Part shown: positions 56,465 through 64,000 of the stretch, in pieces | How the letters are laid out: every line of letters begins with the position of its first letter | How positions within the stretch are numbered: position 1 is the first letter of the stretch | NCBI GenBank assembly: GCA_054600435.1 | Contig: BAAIJX010000018.1 | Span: 186,001-250,000, forward strand | Length of the DNA stretch: 64,000 nt | From: Neophaeotheca triangularis | Lineage: Eukaryota | Reading direction: 5' to 3' | Made by a program: the position numbers and the translations under genes | Notes under the pieces: model-generated | Told to the model about the DNA's origin: nothing | Seen by the model: only the letters and a program-made list of their open reading frames with translations | Databases searched by the model: none

Positions 56465-59374
56465 TCAAACAGCCCACTCCTCCGGATCATCCCCAGCACG
56501 AATAAAGGGCTCATCAACGCCCCTAACCGCCACCTCTGAACAAAGCACACACTGCCCACCCACCAAACCATCCAACTCCCTAACCAACCCCTGCCTCTTC
56601 GTAGCCCCCACAGCGGCCCTCCCGACCTGCCCCTGCAACTCCCGAATCCTCTTCCCCCTTCCCATCCCAACTTGACCCATGACGACCTCGCCTAGACAAT
56701 CCGCGTGAAAAGCATGCTGGCAGGGAAAGACAAAAAACTGCCTCATCAGCAACGGCATCCTGCACCGCCAACACCTCTCCCCAGGTTCGACAATAGCATA
56801 GCGCTGATCCAGATCCTTGATCGAAGCCCGGATATTCTCCGCCGTGGTCGCCGAGTCGTCCATCTCGCTCTTCAAACCGTCGATTTGCCGACTGTACTCC
56901 TCGAGTGCGGCGCAAATCTCCTCTTTAAAATCGTCAATGACGACGAAGTCCGGGAAAAAGGGGATGAGATCTTCGATTCGAAGCAGGTCGCACGACTTGA
57001 GGAAGTCCATGGCCGCTTTGATGCTGTGTGTCTGCGAGATGACAGTTTTGGCGACTTTGAGCCAGAGCTTCTTGCGCTGAGCCGGGTCTCGACTGGGGTA
57101 GTCGGCGATTTGGGCTGCCAGGGTTGTTTCGTTGTGGCGCAGGGCGAGGTCCACCGCGCTGCTGTAGTGTTGCATGCTACTGTAGATGTGCGCGGCGGAT
57201 TTGATACGTTTGTGGGTGATGCACAGGCGGAGGGCGAAGTCGGCGTCGTAGTTGCGTTCGCGCGCATTGGATTGGGTCTCGAGGTAGGTGAGGAGGGAGG
57301 ATTCGTCGGGAGAGGGGTGGGATGCATAGAGACTGATGAGGGTGTTGTGGACTGCGGCCGCGGTGGAGTGGTGGTGGTTGATGCAGAAGAGAAGGTAGCG
57401 GATTGCTTGGTTTTGGTTGATGGGAAGGGAGGAGCCTACGGTTTTGTTGTAGTTGAGGAGGGCTGGGATTAGCTTTTGGGCGGACAGGTCGGACTGTCGC
57501 ATCAAGACTTCTGTTAAGGGAACAGGCACGTGGCTCATGAGGACGGTTGAGTACCGGTAGAACACCTCGGGGTCGGTCTGTTTCTTCAGCACGTCCATGG
57601 CTTCTGCCCAACGTTCCCGTTGAACCCAGTAGGTGAGAACGTAGTTGTGGTCATCCACAACGCTTGCATAGTGGAGAAGCTCCTCTTCTCGGCCATGCGC
57701 GCTGATGATCTCGTAGGTAGTCTTGCGGTCTAGGTCGGATTTGTATTTTGACACGAAGTCTTGAAACTCTTTACGGATGATCGGCAGCTCCTTCTTCGTG
57801 TCGGACGCAGTTGAGCCTTCGGTCAGCTCAGCCTTCGTAGAAATGGTATCGTCGAGCTGGTTTAACTTGGCGATGTATAGTTCTACGAGCCAGCTGGCAA
57901 GCATTGTGCGCTGCATAATGTATGACTTCTTCATGTTCGCCAGCTTAACGAGCAGATACTTTCTCAAAGCATCCGACTCGCCATGGTCAATGAAGCTTAA
58001 CGCAACGTCCTCGAACGCTTTTGAACTCTTTCCGAGCAATGCAGCCGCTTCCGCATATTTGCCTTGGGTCATGAGGTGTTCGCCAGTTGTGGAAGCGACT
58101 GCATCTTTCTGGCTGGCCGTTGTTGCGTATCTTTGCGCAGCTTCGTAGTCACCTTGTTTGAGCATGATCCGCCAAACGTCCCTCGCTTCGTCCGTCGCGA
58201 CGACCTCGAAAATCTCTCGTTGAGTGAAGAGCCAGTACGTGTTTTTTTGGTGATCTGCGAAGAGGCCTAGACTTGTTTGTCCCGTCTCGAGGACCTCCTG
58301 GTTGTACACTACACTGTCGTCAAGACGGTTGATAGCAGTGATTCTGCCTTCCATAAGAGCGAGGACGTGGAATTGAGAAAGGCACATAGAAGTAATGGGA
58401 GGCTGAGTTGTGCGGGGTCTGCCGCCTGTTGTCTGAAGAGGTGGAAACTTGGACTTGGGCAGCAGTTTCGAATCGTGGAAGACTTTACGTCCAAGTGTAG
58501 CTGGGTCTGGACTAGTAGTAAGAAGTGTGCCATTGTAGACGCCCTGGTTGTTGAGCCACGCGTATGCTCGCTGGGTACTTTGAGAGTCCGTCGCGCTTGT
58601 CGCATCTTCCGACGGGTCGGGGGAAACTGCCAGGCATGAATGTGCAGGCGCTGCAGCTGTCCGATCTATTTCATGAACAGTAGGTGTCTCGCTCTCGAAG
58701 AGCTTACTGTAGACACTCCCACTACCTTCGTAGCCTTGACGTCCTGTTCTACCCGTAAAGTGCAATAGCTTGTGTTGCGTTGCTACCACAACCCTCCTCG
58801 TCTCAGGGCGGGCTTGTGTGATGTCCGCGTAGATGCCAACGACTGCTCCGTCTTGAGGATTGTACACATTCTTGACGTACTTCTCTTCCCGCCTATAAAA
58901 CTCCGTACTAGGCTCCACGTATGTTTCGTGCACGTTCCCATCCGCCGCGCCTATCAATATCTCCCTCGTACTCGCTGTCGGCTGGCTCGGACTCCATGCA
59001 ATACTCTCAATCTGAACCCCCTTTAACCTTGAAAGCGCTTTCGGCTGTCTCGATTGAGTGTGTAGATAGAAGTTCTCGCCGAGAGTCGTGCTGATGATCA
59101 GGTGGCTCGCGCTCGGGTCGAGGAACAGCTTCCGTATGACTCCAATCTCCGCCGGCCGCTTGGGGAGGTCTATGTCGTCAATGTCTTCGGCGTTGTCGAG
59201 ATCGAATCGCAATATCCGCCCGGTAGAAAGCGCGAGTATCAGGACATTATTGGCTACCTGCGCAGCAACGAAGTCGGCTGAGATATCGAAGCGCAACTGG
59301 ACCTTTTGAACGTCAAATATGGGGAGCGCGGTGTCGTCGTGGTCGCCCGCAACATAGCCGCTTGTGCCGTTCAT
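56465..59374 (-). CDS. VPS18: HOPS/CORVET subunit Vps18/Pep3
   Basis: KLFLDPSASHLII, clathrin-like repeat region, IEDLIPFFPDF, C-terminal RING-H2 (C..C..FPCQHAFHADC..CVLC). Confidence 0.95.
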   Translation of the reverse strand: MNGTSGYVAGDHDDTALPIFDVQKVQLRFDISADFVAAQVANNVLILALSTGRILRFDLDNAEDIDDIDLPKRPAEIGVIRKLFLDPSASHLIISTTLGENFYLHTQSRQPKALSRLKGVQIESIAWSPSQPTASTREILIGAADGNVHETYVEPSTEFYRREEKYVKNVYNPQDGAVVGIYADITQARPETRRVVVATQHKLLHFTGRTGRQGYEGSGSVYSKLFESETPTVHEIDRTAAAPAHSCLAVSPDPSEDATSATDSQSTQRAYAWLNNQGVYNGTLLTTSPDPATLGRKVFHDSKLLPKSKFPPLQTTGGRPRTTQPPITSMCLSQFHVLALMEGRITAINRLDDSVVYNQEVLETGQTSLGLFADHQKNTYWLFTQREIFEVVATDEARDVWRIMLKQGDYEAAQRYATTASQKDAVASTTGEHLMTQGKYAEAAALLGKSSKAFEDVALSFIDHGESDALRKYLLVKLANMKKSYIMQRTMLASWLVELYIAKLNQLDDTISTKAELTEGSTASDTKKELPIIRKEFQDFVSKYKSDLDRKTTYEIISAHGREEELLHYASVVDDHNYVLTYWVQRERWAEAMDVLKKQTDPEVFYRYSTVLMSHVPVPLTEVLMRQSDLSAQKLIPALLNYNKTVGSSLPINQNQAIRYLLFCINHHHSTAAAVHNTLISLYASHPSPDESSLLTYLETQSNARERNYDADFALRLCITHKRIKSAAHIYSSMQHYSSAVDLALRHNETTLAAQIADYPSRDPAQRKKLWLKVAKTVISQTHSIKAAMDFLKSCDLLRIEDLIPFFPDFVVIDDFKEEICAALEEYSRQIDGLKSEMDDSATTAENIRASIKDLDQRYAIVEPGERCWRCRMPLLMRQFFVFPCQHAFHADCLGEVVMGQVGMGRGKRIRELQGQVGRAAVGATKRQGLVRELDGLVGGQCVLCSEVAVRGVDEPFIRAGDDPEEWAV

Positions 59375-59857
59375 TATTGCTGCGTTAGCTAGGCACTCTC
59401 ATCGTCGAGCTGTCGTAGTCAGGATGTATGCGCTGGTAGTGACAGAACTGTAAATGGTAGCCTTCTAATAAAGATGTTGGAGCTCTACCTGCCTAGGCAG
59501 CTATGTAATGCCGCAAGCATCCATGAGGTGTAGTCGCGATCGCGGAATCGGAATTGAAAGCCGATGCAATGAGCTTCCATTGCCTTTGACTTCATCCCAT
59601 CCATCCTTCACTCACCGGCCGAGAAGATATGGCTAATTACCCTTCACAGAGAAGTGGTGAAGCCGATTATGACTTTGCACGTTCGCTCTGCAATGCCTGG
59701 CAGATATTACATGCTCGAAACGCTGTAAAGTACAATATCCATGACAAGACTACCCCGGGACCGATACATGTCCTTCTCGAGCCTCTCAGCTTGTCGCGAA
59801 CGTTTGGGCACTACTCTCCCAACGCTCCGATGTAACTGTTCCTCGTTATCGCAAGGG

Positions 59858-60673
59858 CTAATTTCTGGTATCGCCCTGCCCGTACATGGTCTGAGCACCT
59901 TGCCATCCCCCAGGCGCTGCCCCGATGGCACCCTGGCCCCCACCTGAAGGAGGGTTTCCAGAAGGACCCAGCAACTCCTTGAGTTTCATCAACGTCTGCC
60001 TGTCCATATCAGATGGTGCTTGAAGATCGAAAGCCGTGGCAGGGCCCTTGTCCCGCACATCTAAAACGCCCACCTTAGCCATCAGAGCCAATATCAGTCT
60101 CTGGCTTTCCAAATATTTGCCAATCGGACCCTCAGGCGGCGCCCAAACGCCTACCCCTGAAAAGTCTGGCGTGTAGCCTGGGTTCAAGACTGGCGTCCCC
60201 ATACGTCCCATACCTCCGAGCCCGCCCCCAAATCCCCCTGGCAATCTGCTTGGCGACATTGGAATAAGGCCAGACGTTCCGGGGTCTGGTGGTCCAGCCA
60301 CAAGACTGATAGAATTGCGATTTCTCAATCTCCGGCCGCTCGCAGAACTTCCTATAGCACCGCCCAAAGCCCTTGACGTGCCCAAAAATGCCCCGCTTGG
60401 CTGTGCACGTCTGATCATCTTGACCTCCCGAGCTCCGATCTGTACATCACCACAGCTTTTTGGCGCTCCCATATTGGCTGCCTGTTCGCCTTGCGTAGCG
60501 AGACCGATGAGACCTTCCAGTTCATTCATCCGTTCTTGCAAGTCCAGCCGCTGCTTTTCGAGTTCTGCTTTGACATGCTCGCGGGCAGAATGTGACTTTT
60601 CGTATTGAGAAGGGTCGTTGGGGTTTTTAGGGGGACCTCCCATACCGCTGGATCCTCCCATAGATTGGAACAT
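59858..60673 (-). CDS. Hypothetical Gly/Pro-rich protein with short coiled coil
   Basis: 271-aa ORF from ATG 60673 (MFQSMGG); TATATATA at 60808-60815 upstream. Confidence 0.7.
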   Translation of the reverse strand: MFQSMGGSSGMGGPPKNPNDPSQYEKSHSAREHVKAELEKQRLDLQERMNELEGLIGLATQGEQAANMGAPKSCGDVQIGAREVKMIRRAQPSGAFLGTSRALGGAIGSSASGRRLRNRNSISLVAGPPDPGTSGLIPMSPSRLPGGFGGGLGGMGRMGTPVLNPGYTPDFSGVGVWAPPEGPIGKYLESQRLILALMAKVGVLDVRDKGPATAFDLQAPSDMDRQTLMKLKELLGPSGNPPSGGGQGAIGAAPGGWQGAQTMYGQGDTRN

Positions 60674-62240
60674 TATTTGAGTCGGGTTGCTCAATTTGGG
60701 TAGAGGTAGGCTGTTGATGGAGATGTGATTGGTTAAAGTTGTTGGTAGTATGGCTAGCAAAGATGAGGAAGAGATAAAGGTGAGGAAAGCTGAGCAGAAG
60801 GGAGCTCTATATATAGACACGCCCGCCGAGGGCTCGGTAACTCTTTGATGGGTAAGTATTGACTGCACCTTGGTTTCGCCGCGACTTAAGTCGGTCAACC
60901 CTTACGGTTGTTGAAGGACTAGGTAAGGCGAAATACATCTGCTGCTCTTGAAGAATATCTCAATATATGCAACAGCTGCTCAAGGAGGACAACACTTCAC
61001 CTCGATGTGTGAACAGGCCGACTCCGAATCTCTCAGGTGATTTGCGTAGAGAACTCAACGCTACTTACCGCCAGCATGAGCTCGCATCCTAGGTTTCCCT
61101 TATACCTCGAAGTGTCTCACGAACTCGGTATCCTCGACCAATATATACCTAATGGATCCGAACCAGGTCGAGGGGAAAAGCAAGTGAAGAGTAGTCTGCA
61201 CCGGCAGAGTTGTACATCGTCGGAGGCACTTGCCGAGTGTAAAGGTGTATGCAGCCATCTTCACCTCACTGCCTGCTCACTGAAGTCCCTAGTGGCAGCC
61301 AACAGCCGCAAGCAATTTCGAAAGGTATATATTCCATACAGCGCCCATGTTCAACAACCAGTCAAAAAGTAAGGCCTAGGACAGTAAGCCGGCTGTGGGA
61401 ACAGGCGCATGACGACCCGATTCATCCGTATCTTTTTTTTTCTTACTTCTGGCCGATTGGTTTCGCTCGTCCGCCTAGATCCCTTGTAAGCGAGTGATCT
61501 TGTGACTAGTAGTACGGTGGGTGATCACGTGAGGATCCAACATGCGGGCTTTTTTGTTTTGTGCTACCGTCAATTCTTCACCGGGGATGGAGGCTTCTTC
61601 TTTGCGGGCCCGTGATAAGTGACCATAGACACAAGCCAAACAAGGAGACGAAAAGGAGTCGGTGGCCCGCGGATAGGTAGCAACCCCCTAGCTTTCCGAG
61701 GGCGCTCGATGGTAGTGGCTCAAGCTTATCTCACAAGGCGAGCATATTTACCAGCACTATATATGCAACTTGCAAGTCAAGGTCGACAAGAAAGGTGCCG
61801 TGGCTCAATCGTTTCGGCGACTGGGTTGCAACAAATCCGACACCGCTTAAATTCGATTTCGACCTTGGGCAGCTAGGTACACAACACAAAACGTCTGATA
61901 TTGACTAGGACATCTGTTGTATGAACGTGTGGTGCCTTTCTTTTTTTGCCTTTTTGCTGTTGTTCTGCTCAGCTCTTCCTTTTACTTGCAGCATGCCCAC
62001 GGCTGCCTTTCAAGACTAGACAAGTAGAGCGGCTTATCGCCAGGTCTGACTGGAAGCAGAAGTGTAGCTTGATTGAAACCGCAAGCTATCTACCTACTCC
62101 TAGGTATCTACAAACTGCCCACCTTCAATTACATAACTTCATATCTCCAAGTCCAAGGCCGGCCCTCTCGTCGACTCAATCTTGACTACCATCACATTCC
62201 CCAAGTCAATTCTCTACCAACACTCCAACCCAGATGACTA

Positions 62241-63011
62241 CTACATACCCCCGCCCATACCCCCCAAAGCAGCCCACATATGCATGCCCGGCCGCACTCC
62301 CCTCCTCTCCCACCTCCGAGCCGTTCGCACCACACTTCGAACGATCTCTTCCGCCTCATCGTAACTACATTGAGCACGAATATCACGCCACACTTCTCGC
62401 GCAAACCCCGGATCGTGTGTTTGGCCGCCGCTAAGATCGTGCAGTTGGTCGTGGGCCATGATCCAGTGCGAGCGGAGCTCTCTCCAATCTTGTGCTGTGC
62501 CATATAGATTGTCTCCAGGTCTGTGACGGGACTGAATCATGTTGGCTCTGGCTTGGTAGTTGTTCGGGTTAGCTTGCACTTGAGTCGGGTACTGGGCTTG
62601 CTGCATCTGGTTGGCGGGGTCTTGCGGGTAGTAGCTGTCTTGGTAGCCGCCTTGCTGGAAGCTATCTTGTTGGTATCCGTCTTGTTGGTAGCCACCTTGT
62701 TGTCCACCACCTTGCTGATAGCCGCCTTGATGGTAGCTTTCCTGCTGGCCAGGATCCTGCTGATAACCGCCCGCTTGATACTGATCCTGAGAGTAGCCGC
62801 GTTGTTGGTACGCCCCCTGTTGGTAGTGATCCTGGGGGTAGCTACCCTGTGGGTAGCCGGCTTGTTGGTGGTCTTGAAACGTTGGGGCCGCCTGTGAGTA
62901 TTGGGGTCGTCCGGACGATCGAGCCTGGGGACTCTGGCGTTGGTAGGCCTGTTGATTGTAATCGTCCAAGTCTGCTTTAGCGAGTATCTCGCTGAGGCTG
63001 ATTCGTGACAT
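62241..63011 (-). CDS. Hypothetical protein with Q/G/Y pentapeptide repeats (paralog A)
   Basis: 256 aa from MSRISLSEIL; clear similarity to the neighbouring ORF at both termini. Confidence 0.8.
   Translation of the reverse strand: MSRISLSEILAKADLDDYNQQAYQRQSPQARSSGRPQYSQAAPTFQDHQQAGYPQGSYPQDHYQQGAYQQRGYSQDQYQAGGYQQDPGQQESYHQGGYQQGGGQQGGYQQDGYQQDSFQQGGYQDSYYPQDPANQMQQAQYPTQVQANPNNYQARANMIQSRHRPGDNLYGTAQDWRELRSHWIMAHDQLHDLSGGQTHDPGFAREVWRDIRAQCSYDEAEEIVRSVVRTARRWERRGVRPGMHMWAALGGMGGGM
62628..62867 (-). repeat. 16 degenerate 15-nt coding repeats (QQGGY-like)
   Basis: QQAGY PQGSY PQDHY QQGAY QQRGY SQDQY QAGGY QQDPG QQESY HQGGY QQGGG QQGGY QQDGY QQDSF QQGGY QDSYY. Confidence 0.88.
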
Positions 63012-63347
63012 AGTGATTGTTGGTATGAGAAGTAGTGTTTGGTTTTGATTGAAGTGGAAGCTTGGTGTTGGAAGATTGTGAGTTGATGATATGGATGGGT
63101 GAGTAAGTAGATTTTGTTTAGTAGGAAAGGTAGAAACTTGCTGGTAAGGCGTGGATTTTTTTATCGTTGCTTTGGTACCTTCGGCGGTCAATGATAGAGC
63201 TCTTTTATTGACCTGAGGGTAAGTGTACCACCAAGCGTAGTTCCTACCCCTGAATCTCCTGACCTGCTGCTTATGACTCGAAGTCACTTTGTCGCACGTC
63301 CCATGCCATCTCACGGGACCTGGTCCACTGAGCAAACCTGTAAAGCA

Positions 63348-63977
63348 TCACGAGAATCCTCCCATCCTGCCTATTTCGCCCATCGCTTGGGAAGCCGCCT
63401 GCCTTTGCAATTGGATCTGCAAACGCCGAGCCTCCTGGCGCATCTCGTTCTCCTCGTCCTCTATCTCGTCCTTCATCTCGTCCCTCTTATCCCTCGCCCT
63501 ATAGACCTCTTGGACCATACCATGTGCGCCATACCGAGCCCAGTTAACCTCGAAGACTGCCAAGGCCTCCTTCCTGTCGAGAGTCTCGCCATCGCTGAGT
63601 TCATACATTTGTCGGTGTACATTGAGCCATGCGCGCCGAATGCGTTTCCAAGCATATCTTTCGCAATCGGCGGAGGGGTGTCCTTGTTGGGTGGGAGCTC
63701 CGTAGTTCGAACGGATGGTGCTGGCTATGGGATGATAACTGTTTTGGTTCGCGGACTCTTCATTTGCGTATTGAGCCGATTCCCACGTTGATGTGGAAGC
63801 GCCAACATTCGGGTAGTGAGCTTGTTGGTCGCCTTGAGTCTGATATGGGGCTGTGACGGTGTGTTGTGGATGCTCTGAGGATGAACAGGAGGAAGCAGTT
63901 GGACGTTGGTAAGACTGTTGCATAAAGTCGTCTGCATCTGCAGCGGCGAGAATTTCATCGACGTCAATGGTCGACAT
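63348..63977 (-). CDS. Hypothetical protein (paralog B)
   Basis: 209-aa ORF MSTIDVDEILAAADADDFMQQSYQR aligns with paralog A. Confidence 0.8.
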   Translation of the reverse strand: MSTIDVDEILAAADADDFMQQSYQRPTASSCSSSEHPQHTVTAPYQTQGDQQAHYPNVGASTSTWESAQYANEESANQNSYHPIASTIRSNYGAPTQQGHPSADCERYAWKRIRRAWLNVHRQMYELSDGETLDRKEALAVFEVNWARYGAHGMVQEVYRARDKRDEMKDEIEDEENEMRQEARRLQIQLQRQAASQAMGEIGRMGGFS

Positions 63978-64000
63978 GCTGGTAGTAGGTTTGGTGGGAA

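Noticed and set aside
62628..62867. CRISPR-like array
   Set aside because: Degenerate in-frame coding repeats with no spacers, in a eukaryote.
63012..63335. N-terminal extension of the 364-aa track ORF
   Set aside because: Non-ATG start; paralog alignment places the start at ATG 63011.

Overview
Eukaryotic, intron-containing genomic DNA from a filamentous ascomycete. The short GT..AG introns with CTAAC/CTGAC branch points are seen directly; a Dothideomycete/Capnodiales-like origin is inference only. About 26 protein-coding loci can be supported. Most are housekeeping genes: PHA2, H2A.Z, CTR9, HTD2, malate dehydrogenase, VPS45, ADI1, PET127, SEC12, RSM10, HAP5/HapE, GRS1, RPF1 and VPS18. There are also an intradiol dioxygenase, a PhyH dioxygenase, an HPP protein, a PH/LRR protein and a CRIB protein. 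Two accessory zones stand out. (i) ~7-20 kb holds a 4-exon small secreted protein missed by the ORF track, an apparently RIP-destroyed ORF with an RRM-like domain and a downstream direct repeat, a frameshifted Cys-rich gene and two F-box-like orphans. (ii) The right end (59.8-64 kb) holds three co-oriented orphans. Two of them are tandem paralogs, and one of these carries 16 QQGGY-like pentapeptide repeats resembling a prion-like domain; this is the best candidate for an undescribed system. No convincing tRNA, rRNA, CRISPR or intact transposon was found. Family calls come from motif recognition, not database searches.
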